Source: Ptychomitrium polyphyllum (Eukaryota). From it: 64,000 bases of DNA. The stretch is taken from the NCBI GenBank assembly GCA_973851085.1, contig OZ316776.1:10354001-10418000 (forward strand). The letters run 5' to 3'. A model generated the notes under the pieces. It had not been told where the DNA came from. It saw only the letters and a program-made list of their open reading frames with translations, and searched no databases. This document shows positions 41,474 through 54,000 of this stretch, in pieces. How positions within the stretch are numbered: position 1 is the first letter of the stretch; the number at the start of each line of letters is the position of its first letter. A program made the translations under genes and the position numbers.

Positions 41474-42043
41474 TATTAGGGACACAAGAAACAAGAAGCA
41501 GAAACAAAGTGTTTTCCAAGAATTAGCTTCCAAAGAGCTATTGATTAACAAGAACTTGATACAAAGACTAGAACAAGGCAGGATTCAAGATGATCCACGA
41601 CTTGTGTTGGCTAGACTAAGGAATACCTTGTCTTGCCTCCTATTTATACTATGACGTTTGTATCTCCTAGGATACTTCTAAAGAAGCTTCCTACAAGGTT
41701 TAAGAATGTTCTGGAAGTCTAGGGAACCTTCCCAAGAAGATTCTTAAGATGTTGGAACCTTCCTAAGAGGCTTCCAAGGAGTTGGAACCTTCCTTGGAAG
41801 TTTCGTAAGGTGATGGAATCTTCTTAGGAAGTTTCCTAAAGAGGTAGAACCTTCCTAGGAAGTTTCTTAAAATGATGGAATCTTCCTAGGATGTTTTCTA
41901 AGGTGGAGGAACTTTCCTGGGAAGCTTTCTAAGAACATGGAAGGCTATAGAGACATATAAATGTCTTCTAAGAAGCAATTATAGTATACTATAAGGTTTT
42001 AGAATGTTCTAAGGACTATGTTGCATGATCTTTGTCCGTGACA
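41474..42043 (-). repeat. 5' LTR of the Tcn1-like element (~570 bp); TATA box TATAAATA at 41641-41648 (minus strand)
   Basis: Homologous to 35463-36077. One terminus is mutated (TA instead of TG on +); the other ends ..GTGACA at 42043. Confidence 0.88.
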
Positions 42044-45000
42044 AACATAACTCTAAGGATGTAAGAGCCTTCACTCTCGAATTTGCTGTGGAAGTTGTTG
42101 GTAGTATAAACACCTTTTAAGGGGCAAGGAAGTAAGAGCCTTAAATTCCCCAATTTGCTCTGGAAGTTGTAGGAAGGATGAACATCAAGATAAGTCAAAG
42201 GACGTAAGGGCCTTCACCTGGTCAGTTTACTGTGGAAGTTGCTGCAAGGATGAAAACCCAGATAGGCGCAACGACGTATGAGCCTTCAACTTCCCAATTT
42301 GCTGTGGAAGTTGCTGTTAAGATGAATACCAAGAAAACTCTAAAGACGTAAGAGCCTTCAATCTCAAATGTGGTTTGGAAGTTGTTGTAAGTATCAACAC
42401 CTTCTAAGAGGCAAGGAGATAAGAGCCTTCAACTCTCCAATTTGTTGTGGAAGTTGCTGCAAGGATGAACACCTAGATAGGTCCAAGGCGTAAGACCCTT
42501 CAACTCTCCAATTTGCTGTGGAAGTAGCTGCAAGGATGTACATCCAGATAGGTCCAAAGACGTAAGAGCCTTCAACTCTTCAATTTGTTCTGGAAGTTGC
42601 TCTAACGATGTACACCATTGTAGATTCAAGGAAGTAAGAGCCTTCAACTCTCCAATTTGCTGTGGAAGTTGCTGCAAGGATGAACACCCAAACAGGTCCA
42701 AGGACGTAAGAGCCTTCAACTCTCCAATTTGCTGTGGAAGTTGCTGCAAGGATGAACACCCAGATAGGTCCAAGGACGTAAGAGCCTTCAATTCTCCAAT
42801 TTGCTGTGGAAGTTGCTGCAAGGATGAACAACCAGATAGGTCCAAGGACGTAAGAGCCTTCAACTCTCGAATTTGCTGTGGAAGTTGCTGCAAGGAAGAA
42901 CACCCAGTTAGGTCCAAGGACGTAAGAGCCTTCAACTCTCGAATTTGTTGTGGAAGTTGCTGCAAGGATGAACAACCAGATAGGTCCAAGGACGTAAGAG
43001 CCTTTAACTCTCCAATTTGCTGTGGAAGTTGCTGCAAGGATAAACACCTAGATAGGTCCAAGGACGTAAGAGCCTTCAACTCTCTAATTTGTTGTAGAAA
43101 TCACTGCAAGTATGAACATCCAGATAGGCCCAAGGCCATAAGAGCCTTCAACTCTCGAATTTGCTGTGGAAGTTGCTGCAAGGATGAACACCCAGATAGG
43201 TCCAAGGCGTACGAGCCTTCAACTCTCCAATTTGCAGTGGAAGTAGCTGCAAGGATGAACACCCAGATAGGTCCAAGGCGTAAGACCCTTCAACTCTCCA
43301 ATTTGCTGTGGAAGTAGCTGCAAGGATGTACATCCAGATAGGTCCAAAGACGTAAGAGCCTTCAACTCTTCAATTTGTTCTGGAAGTTGCTCTAACGATG
43401 TACACCATTGTAGATTCAAGGAAGTAAGAGCCTTCAACTCTCGAATTTGCTGTGGAAGTTGCTGCAAGGATGAACACCCAGAGAGGTCCAAGGACGTGAG
43501 AGCCTTCAACTCTCCAATTTGCTGTGGAAGTTGCTGCAAGGATGAACGCCCAGTTAGGTCCAACGACGTAAGAGCCATCAATTCTCGAATTTGTTGTGGA
43601 AGTTGCTGCAAGGATGAACAACCAGATAGGTCCAAGGACGTAAGAGCCTTCAACTCTCCAATTTTTTGTAGAAATCGCTGCAAGTATGAACATCCAGGTA
43701 GGCCCAAGGCCATAAGAGCCTTCAACTCTCGAATTTGCTGTGGAAGTTGCTGCAAGGATGAACACCCAGATAGGTCCAAGGCGTACGAGCCTTCAACTCT
43801 CCAATTTGCTGTGGAAGTAGCTGCAAGGATGAACACCCAGATAGGTCCAAGGACATAAGAGCCTTCAACTCTCCAATTCGCTGTAGAAGTTGCTGCAAGG
43901 ATGAACACCTAGATAGGTCCAAGGACGTAAGAGCCTTCAACTCTCCAATTTGCTGTGGAAGTTGCTGCAAGGATGAACACCCAGAGAGGTCCAAGGACGT
44001 AAGAGCCTTCAACTCTCGAATTTGTTGTGGAAGTTGCTGCAAGGATGAACACCGAGATAGGTCCAAGGACGTAAGAGCCTTCAACTCTCGAATTTGATGT
44101 GGAAGTTGCTGCAAGGATGAACATCCAGAGAGGTCCAAGGACGTAAGAGCCTTCAACTCTCCAATTTGTTGTGGAAGTTGCTGCAAGGATGAACACCCAG
44201 ATAGGTCCAAGGACGTAAGAGCCTTCAACTCTCTAATTTGCTGTGGAAGTTGCAACAACGATGAACGCCCAGATAGGGCCAAGGACACAAGAGCCTTCAA
44301 CTCTCAAACTTGCTGTGAAAGTTGCTGCAAGGATGAACACCCAGATAGGTCCAAGGACGTAAGAGCCTTCAACTCTCCAATTTGCTGTGGAAGTAGCTGC
44401 AAGGATGAACACCAAAATAGGTCCAAGGACGTAAGAGCCTTCAACTCTCCAATTTGTTGTGGTAGTTGCTGCAGGGATGAACAGCCAGATAGGTCCAAGG
44501 AAGTGAGAGCCTTCATCTCTCTAATTTGCTGTGGAAGTTGCTGCAAGGATAAACACCCAGATAGGTCCAAGGAAGTAATAGCCTTCAACTCTCCAATTTG
44601 CTGTGGAAGTTGCTGCAGGGATGAACACCCAGATAGGTCCAAGGACGTAAGAGCCTTCAACTCTCCAATTTGCTGTGGAAGTTGCTGCAAGGATGAACAC
44701 CCAGATAGGCCCAAGCACGTAAGAGCCTTCAACTCTCCAATTTGTTGTGGAAGTTGCTGCAAGGATGAACACGTAGATAGGTCCAAGGACGTAAGAGCCT
44801 TTAACTCTCCAATTTGTTGTGGAAGTTGCTGCAAGGATGAGCACCCAGATAGGTCCAAGGACGTAAGAGCCTTCAACTCTCCAATTTGTTGTGGAAGTTG
44901 CTGCAAGGATGAATACCCAGATAGGTCCAAGGACGTAAGAGCCTTTAATTCTCCAACTTGCTGTGGAAGTTGCTGCAAGGATAAACGCCCAAATAGGTCC

Positions 45001-48000
45001 AAGTTCATAAGAGCCTTCAACTCTCCAATTTGTTGTAGAAGTTGCTACAAGGATGAACACCCAGATATGTCCAAGGACGTAAGAGCCTTCAACTCTCGAA
45101 GTTGCTGTGGAAGTTGCTGCAAGGATTAACAACCAGATAGGTCCAAGGACGTAAGAGCCTTCAACTCTCCAATTTGCTGTAGAAGTTGCTGCAAGTATGA
45201 ACATCCAGATAGGTCCAAGGCCATAAGAGCCTTCAACTCTCGAATTTGCTCTGGAAGTTGCTGGAAGGATGAACACCCAGATAGGTGCAAGGCGTACGAG
45301 CCTTCAACTCTCCAATTTGCTGTGGAAGTAGCTGCAAGGATGAACACCCAGATAGGTCCAAGGACATAAGAGCCTTCAACTCTCCAATTTGTTGTGGAAG
45401 TTGCTGCAAGGATGAAAACCTAGAGAGGTCCAAGGACGTAAAAGCCTTCAACTCTCGAATTTGCTGTGGAAGTTGCAGCAAGGATGAACACCCAGAGAGG
45501 TCCAAGGACGTAAGAGCCTTCAACTCTCCAATTTGTTGTGGAAGTTGCTGCAAGGATGAACACCCAGATAGGTCCAAGGACATAAGAGCCTTCAACTCTC
45601 CAATTTGTTGTGGAAATCGCTGCAAGTATGAACATTTAGATAGGTCCAAGTACATAGGAGCCTTCAACTCTCGAATTTGTTGTGGAAGTTGCTGCAAGGA
45701 TGAACGCCCAGATAGTTCCAAGCACGTAAGAGCCTTCAACTCTCTTATTTGCTGTGGAAGTTGCTGCAAGGATGAACATCTAGATAGGTCCAAGGACATA
45801 AGAGCCTTCAACTTTCGAATTTGCTGTGGAAGTTGCTGCAAGGATGAACACCCAGAGAGGTCTAAGGACGTAAGAGCCTTCAACTCTCCAATTTGTTGTG
45901 GAAGTTGCTGCAAGGATGAACACCCAGATAGGTCCAAGGACATAAGAGCCTTCAACTCTCCAATTTGTTGTGGAAATCGCTGCAAGTATGAACATCCAGA
46001 TAGGTCCAAGTACATAGGAGCCTTCAACTCTCGAATTTGTTGTGGAAGTTGCTGCAAGGATGAACGCCCAGATAGGTCCAAGGATGTAAGAGCCTTCAAC
46101 TCTCTTATTTGCTGTGGAAGTTGCTGCAAGGATGAACATCTAGATAGGTCCAAGGACATAAGAGCCTTCAACTCTCCAATTTGTTGTGGAAGTTGCTGCA
46201 AGGATGAACACCCAGATAGGTCCAAGGACATAAGAGCCTTCAACTCTCCAATTTGTTGTGGAAATCGCTGCAAGTATGAACATCCAGATAGGTCCAAGTA
46301 CATAGGAGCCTTCAACTCTCGAATTTGTTGTGGAAGTTGCTGCAAGGATGAACACCCAGATAGGTCCAAGGACGTAAGAGCCATCAACTCTCCAATTTGC
46401 TATGGAAGTAGCTGCAAGGATGAACACCCAGATAGGTCCAAGGACGTAAGAGCCTTCAACTCTCCAATTTGCTGTGGAAGTTGCTGCAAGTATGAACATC
46501 CAGATAGGTCCAAGGATATAAGAGCCTTCAACTCTCGAATTTGCTGTGGAAGTTGCTGCAAGGATGAACACCCAGATAGGTCCAAGGACGTAAGAGCCTT
46601 CAACTCTCCAATTTGCTGTGGAAGTAGCTGCAAGGATGAACGCCTAGATAGGTCCAAGGACGTAAGAGCCTTCAACTCTCCAATTTGCTGTGGAAGTTGC
46701 TGCAAAGATGAACGCCCAGATAGGTCCAAGAACATAAGAGCCTTCAACTCTCGAACTTGCTGTGGAAGTTGCAGCAAGGATGAACACCCAGATAGGTCCA
46801 AGGACGTAAGAGCCTTCAACTCTCCAATTTGCTGTAGAAGTTGCTGCATGTATGAACATCGAGATAAGTCCAAGGCCATAAGAGCCTTCAACTCTCGAAT
46901 TTGCTATGGAAGTTGCTGCAAGGATGAACACCCAGATAGGTCCAAGGCGTACGAGCCTTCAACTCTCCAATTTGCTGTGGAAGTAGCTGCAAGGATGAAC
47001 ATCTAGATAGGTCCAAGGACATAAGAGCCTTCAACTCTCGAACTTGCTCTGGAAGTTGCTGCAAGGATGAACGCCCAGATAGGTCCAAGGACGTAAGAGC
47101 CTTCAACTCTCCAATTTGCTGTGGAAGTTGCTGCAAGTATGAACACCCAGATAGGTCCAAGGCCATAAGAGCCTTCAACTCTCGAATTTGATGTGGAAGT
47201 TGCTGCAAGGATGAACACCAAGATAGGTCCAAGGACGTAAGAGCCTTCAACTCTGCAATTTGCTGTGGAAGTTGCTGCAAGGATGAACACTTAGTTAGGC
47301 CCAAGGACGTAAGAGCCTTCAACTCTCGAATTTGCTGTGGAAGTTGCTGCAAGGATGAACACCCAGATATATCCAAGGACGTAAGAGTTTTCAACTCTCC
47401 AATTTCTTGTGGAAGTTGCTGCAAGGATGAACACCCAGATAGGTCCAAGGACGTAAGAGCCTTTATTTCTCCAATTTGCTGTGGAAGTTGCTGCAAGGAT
47501 AAACGCCCAAATAGGTCCAAGTTCATAAGAGCCTTCAACTCTCCAATTTGTTGTAGAAGTTGCTGCAAGGATGAACACCCAGGTATGTCCAAGGACGTAA
47601 GAGCCTTCAACTCTTGAAGTTGCTGTGGAAGTTGCTGCAAGGATGAACACCCAGATAGGTCCAAGGACATAAGAGCCTTCAACTCTCCAACTTGCTGTGG
47701 AAGTTGCTGCAAGGATTAACATCCAGATAGGTCCAAGGACGTAAGAGCCTTCAACTCTCCAATTTGCTGTGGTAGTAGCTGCAAGGATGGACACCCAGAT
47801 AGGTCCAAGGACATAAGAGCCTTCAACTCTCCAATTTGCTGTGGAAGTTGCTGCAAGGATGAACACCCAGATAGGTCCAAGGCGTAAGAGCCTTCAACTC
47901 TCCAATTTGCTGTGGAAGTTGCTGCAAGGATGAACACCCAGATAGGTCCAAGGACATAAGAGCCTTCAACTCTCCAATTTGCTGTAAAAGTTGCGGCAAG

Positions 48001-51000
48001 GATTAACACCTAGATAGGTCCAAGTAAGTAAGAGCCTTGAACTCTCTAATTTGCTGTGGAAGTTGCTGCAAGGATAAACACCTAGATAGGTCCAAGGACA
48101 TAAGAGCCTTCAACTCTCCAATTTGCTGTGGAAGTTGCTGCAAGGATGAACACCCAGATAGGTCCAAGGACGTAAGAGCCTTCAACTCTCCAATTTGTTG
48201 TGGAAGTTGCTGCAAGGATGAACACCCAGATAGGTCCAAGGACGTAAGAGCCTTCAACTCTCCAATTTGTTGTGGAAGTTGCTGCAAGGATGAACACCCA
48301 GATAGGTCCAAGGACGTAAGAGCCTTCAACTCTCCAATTTATTGTCGAAGTTGCTGCAAGGATGAACACCCAGATAGGTCCAAGTAAGTAAGAGCCTTCA
48401 ACTCTCTAATTTGCTGTGGAAGTTGCTGCAAGGATAAACACCAAGATAGGTCCAAGGAAGTAAGAGCCTTCAACTCTCTAATTTGTTGTGGAAGTTGCTG
48501 CAGGGATGAACACCCAGATAGGTCCAAGGACGTATGAGCCTTCAACTCTCCAATTTGTTGTGGAAGTTGCTGCAAGGATGAACACCCAGATAGGTCCAAG
48601 GACGTAAGAGCCTTCAACTCTCCAATTTATTGTCGAAGTTGCTGCAAGGATGAACACCCAGATAGGTCCAAGTAAGTAAGAGCCTTCAACTCTCTAATTT
48701 GCTGTGGAAGTTGCTGCAAGGATAAACACCAAGATAGGTCCAAGGAAGTAAGAGCCTTCAACTCTCTAATTTGCTGTGGAAGTTGCTGCAGGGATGAACA
48801 CCCAGATAGGTCCAAGGACGTAAGAGCCTTCAACTCTCCAATTTGTTGTGGAAGTTGCTGCAAGGATGAACACCCAGAAATGTCCAAGGAAGTAAGAGCC
48901 TTCAACTCTCTAATTTGCTGTGGAAGTTGCTGCAAGGATAAACACCTAGATAGGTCCAAGGACGTAAGAGCCTTCAACTCTCCAATTTGCTGTGGTAGTA
49001 GCTGCAGGGATGGTCATCCAGATTGGTCCAAGGACGTAAGAGCCTTCAACTCTCCAATTTGCTGTGGTAGTAGCTGCAAGGATGGACATCCAGATAGGTC
49101 CAAGGACGTAAGAGCCTTCAACTCTCCAATTTGCTGTGGAAGTTGCTGCAAGGATGAACACCCAGATAGGTCCAAGGCGTAAGAGCCTTCAACTCTCCAA
49201 TTTGTTGTGGAAGTTGCTGCAAGGATGAACACCCAGATAGGTCCAAGGACATAAGAGCCTTCAACTCTCCAATTTGCTGTAAAAGTTGCGGCAAGGATTA
49301 ACACCTAGATAGGTCCAAGTAAGTAAGAGCCTTGAACTCTCTAATTTGCTGTGGAAGTTGCTGCAAGGATAAACACCTAGATAGGTCCAAGGACATAAGA
49401 GCCTTCAACTCTCCAATTTGCTGTGGAAGTTGCTGCAAGGATGAACACCCAGATAGGTCCAAGGACGTAAGAGCCTTCAACTCTCCAATTTGTTGTGGAA
49501 GTTGCTGCAAGGATGAACACCCAGATAGGTCCAAGGACGTAAGAGCCTTCAACTCTCCAATTTGTTGTGGAAGTTGCTGCAAGGATGAACACCCAGATAG
49601 GTCCAAGGACGTAAGAGCCTTCAACTCTCCAATTTATTGTCGAAGTTGCTGCAAGGATGAACACCCAGATAGGTCCAAGTAAGTAAGAGCCTTCAACTCT
49701 CTAATTTGCTGTGGAAGTTGCTGCAAGGATAAACACCAAGATAGGTCCAAGGAAGTAAGAGCCTTCAACTCTCTAATTTGTTGTGGAAGTTGCTGCAGGG
49801 ATGAACACCCAGATAGGTCCAAGGACGTATGAGCCTTCAACTCTCCAATTTGTTGTGGAAGTTGCTGCAAGGATGAACACCCAGATAGGTCCAAGGACGT
49901 AAGAGCCTTCAACTCTCCAATTTATTGTCGAAGTTGCTGCAAGGATGAACACCCAGATAGGTCCAAGGACGTAAGAGCCTTCAACTCTCTAATTTGCTGT
50001 GGAAGTTGCTGCAAGGATAAACACCAAGATAGGTCCAAGAAAGTAAGAGCCTTCAACTCTCTAATTTGCTGTGGAAGTTGCTGCAGGGATGAACACCCAG
50101 ATAGGTCCAAGGACGTAAGAGCCTTCAACTCTCCAATTTGTTGTGGAAGTTGCTGCAAGGATGAACACCCAGAAATGTCCAAGGAAGTAAGAGCCTTCAA
50201 CTCTCTAATTTGCTGTGGAAGTTGCTGCAAGGATAAACACCTAGATAGGTCCAAGGACGTAAGAGCCTTCAACTCTCCAATTTGCTGTGGTAGTAGCTGC
50301 AGGGATGGTCATCCAGATTGGTCCAAGGACGTAAGAGCCTTCAACTCTCCAATTTGCTGTGGTAGTAGCTGCAAGGATGGACATCCAGATAGGTCCAAGG
50401 ACGTAAGAGCCTTCAACTCTCCAATTTGTTGTGGAAGTTGCTGCAAGGATGAACACCCAGAAATGTCCAAGGAAGTAAGAGCCTTCAACTCTCTAATTTG
50501 CTGTGGAAGTTGCTGCAAGGATAAACACCTAGATAGGTCCAAGGACGTAAGAGCCTTCAACTCTCCAATTTGCTGTGGTAGTAGCTGCAGGGATGGTCAT
50601 CCAGATTGGTCCAAGGACGTAAGAGCCTTCAACTCTCCAATTTGCTGTGGTAGTAGCTGCAAGGATGGACATCCAGATAGGTCCAAGGACGTAAGAGCCT
50701 TCAACTCTCCAATTTGCTGTGGAAGTTGCTGCAAGGATGAACACCCAGATAGGTCCAAGGCGTAAGAGCCTTCAACTCTCCAATTTGTTGTGGAAGTTGC
50801 TGCAAGGATGAACACCCAGATAGGTCCAAGGACATAAGAGCCTTCAACTCTCCAATTTGCTGTAAAAGTTGCGGCAAGGATTAACACCTAGATAGGTCCA
50901 AGTAAGTAAGAGCCTTGAACTCTCTAATTTGCTGTGGAAGTTGCTGCAAGGATAAACACCTAGATAGGTCCAAGGACATAAGAGCCTTCAACTCTCCAAT

Positions 51001-54000
51001 TTGCTGTGGAAGTTGCTGCAAGGATGAACACCCAGATAGGTCCAAGGACGTAAGAGCCTTCAACTCTCCAATTTGTTGTGGAAGTTGCTGCAAGGATGAA
51101 CACCCAGATAGGTCCAAGGACGTAAGAGCCTTCAACTCTCCAATTTGTTGTGGAAGTTGCTGCAAGGATGAACACCCAGATAGGTCCAAGGACGTAAGAG
51201 CCTTCAACTCTCCAATTTATTGTCGAAGTTGCTGCAAGGATGAACACCCAGATAGGTCCAAGTAAGTAAGAGCCTTCAACTCTCTAATTTGCTGTGGAAG
51301 TTGCTGCAAGGATAAACACCAAGATAGGTCCAAGGAAGTAAGAGCCTTCAACTCTCTAATTTGTTGTGGAAGTTGCTGCAGGGATGAACACCCAGATAGG
51401 TCCAAGGACGTATGAGCCTTCAACTCTCCAATTTGTTGTGGAAGTTGCTGCAAGGATGAACACCCAGATAGGTCCAAGGACGTAAGAGCCTTCAACTCTC
51501 CAATTTATTGTCGAAGTTGCTGCAAGGATGAACACCCAGATAGGTCCAAGGACGTAAGAGCCTTCAACTCTCTAATTTGCTGTGGAAGTTGCTGCAAGGA
51601 TAAACACCAAGATAGGTCCAAGAAAGTAAGAGCCTTCAACTCTCTAATTTGCTGTGGAAGTTGCTGCAGGGATGAACACCCAGATAGGTCCAAGGACGTA
51701 AGAGCCTTCAACTCTCCAATTTGTTGTGGAAGTTGCTGCAAGGATGAACACCCAGAAATGTCCAAGGAAGTAAGAGCCTTCAACTCTCTAATTTGCTGTG
51801 GAAGTTGCTGCAAGGATAAACACCTAGATAGGTCCAAGGACGTAAGAGCCTTCAACTCTCCAATTTGCTGTGGTAGTAGCTGCAGGGATGGTCATCCAGA
51901 TTGGTCCAAGGACGTAAGAGCCTTCAACTCTCCAATTTGCTGTGGTAGTAGCTGCAAGGATGGACATCCAGATAGGTCCAAGGACGTAAGAGCCTTCAAC
52001 TCTCCAATTTGCTGTGGAAGTTGCTGCAAGGATGAACACCCAGATAGGTCCAAGGCGTAAGAGCCTTCAACTCTCCAATTTGCTGTGGAAGTTGCTGCAA
52101 GGATGAACACCCAGATAGGTCCAAGGACATAAGAGCCTTCAACTCTCCAACTTGCTGTGGAAGTTGCTGCAAGGATGAACACCCAGATAGGTCCAAGGAC
52201 GTAAGAGCCTTCAACTCTCCAATTTGTTGTGGAAGTTGCTGCAAGGATGAACACCCAGATATGTCCAAGGAAGTAAGAGCCTTCAACTCTCTAATTTGCT
52301 GTGGAAGTTGCTGCAAGGATAAACACCTAGATAGGTCCAAGGACGTAAGAGCCTTCAACTCTCCAATTTGCTATGGAAGTAGCTGCAAGGATGAACACCC
52401 AGATAGGTCCAAAGTTGTAAGAGCCTTCAACTCTTCAGTTTATCTGGAAGTTGCTCTAACGATGTACACCATTGTAAGTTCAAGGAAGGAAGAGCCTTCA
52501 ACTCTCCAATTTGCTATAAAAGTAGCTGCAAGGATGAACACCCAGATAGGTCTAAAGTTGTATAGCCTTCAACTCTTCAGTTTATCTGGAAGTTGCTCTA
52601 ACGATGTACACCATTGTAGGTTCAAGGAAGTAAGAGCCTTCAACTTTCTTATTTGGTGTGGAAGTTGCAGCAAGGATGAACACGTAAATAGGTCCAAAGA
52701 CGTAAGAGCCTTCAACTATCCAATTTGTTGTGGAAGTTGCTGCAAGGATGAACACCTTGATAGGTCCAAGGCGTAAGAGCCTTCAACTCTCCAATTTGCT
52801 CTGAAAGTTGCTGCAAGATGAACACCTTGATAGGTCCAAGGACATAAGAGCCTTCAACTCTCCAATTTGCTGTGGAAGTTGCTACAAGGATGAACACCCA
52901 GATAGGTCCAAGGAAGTGAGAGCCTTCAACTCTCCAATTTGCTGTCGTAGTTGCTGCAAAAATGAACACCTTGATAGGTCCAAGGACATAAGAGCCTTCA
53001 ACTCTCCAATTTGCTGTAAAAGTTGCGGCAAGGATTAACACCTAGATAGGTCCAAGGACGTAGGAGCCTTCAACTCTCCAATTTGCTATGGAAGTAGCTG
53101 CAAGGATGAACACCCAGATAGGTCCAAGGCGTAAGAGCCTTCAATTCTCCAATTTTCTGTGGAAGTTGCTGCAAGGATGAACACCCAGATAGGTCCAAGG
53201 ACATAAGAGCCTTCAACTCTCCAATTTGCTGTGGAAGTTGCTGCAAGGATGAACACCCAGATAGGTCCAAGGACGTAAGAGCCTTCAACTCTCCAATTTG
53301 TTGTGGAAGTTGCTGCAAGGATGAACACCCAGATAGGTCCAAGGACGTAAGAGCCTTCAACTCTCCAATTTGTTGTCGAAGTTGCTGCAAGGATGAACAC
53401 CCAGATAGGTCCAAGTAAGTAAGAGCCTTCAACTCTCTAATTTGCTGTGGAAGTTGCTGCAAGGATAAACACCTAGATAGGTCCAAGAACGTAAGAGCCT
53501 TCAACTCTCCAATTTGCTGTGGAAGTTGCTGCAGGGATGAACACCCAGATAGGTCCAAGGACGTAAGAGCTTTCAACTCTCCAATTTGTTGTGGAAGTTG
53601 CTGCAAGGATGAACACCCAGATATGTCCAAGGAAGTAAGAGCCTTCAACTCTCTAATTTGCTGTGGAAGTTGCTGCAAGGATAAACACCTAGATAGGTCC
53701 AAGGACGTAAGAGCCTTCAACTCTCCAATTTGCTGTGGTAGTTGCAGCAAGGATTAACACCCAGATAGGTCCAAGGACGTAAGAGCCTTCAACTCTCCAA
53801 TTTGCTGTGGAAGTTGCTGCAGGGATGAACACCCAGATAGGTCCAAGGACGTAAGAGCTTTCAACTCTCCAATTTGTTGTGGAAGTTGCTGCAAGGATGA
53901 ACAACCAGATAGGTCCAAGGACGTAAGAGCCTTCAACTCTCCAATTTGCTGTGGAAGTTGCTGCAAGGATAAACACCTAGATAGGTCCAAGGACGTAAGA

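Larger units (their letters stand above)
35463..42043 (-). mobile_element. Ty3/gypsy chromovirus, Tcn1/Tf1-sushi-like, degenerate full-length element
   Basis: LTRs at 35463-36077 and 41474-42043; PPT-like GAGGAGGTGA at ~36078-36087. Gag with CCHC knuckle (~40295-40335), protease (LLDTS), RT ([40 protein letters not shown]), RH (AEINYDIHDKELLAIV), integrase (AGHFG..SMDFITGLP..HPQIDGQTERVNQ), classical chromodomain (EYEVEEILDS..YLIHWQGY..TWEP). Confidence 0.92.

Noticed and set aside
45285..47006. Metallothionein- or keratin-associated-like Cys-rich gene on the + strand
   Set aside because: It is the antisense frame of the LRR unit, has a non-ATG start and no independent gene signals. Kept only as a low-interest finding.
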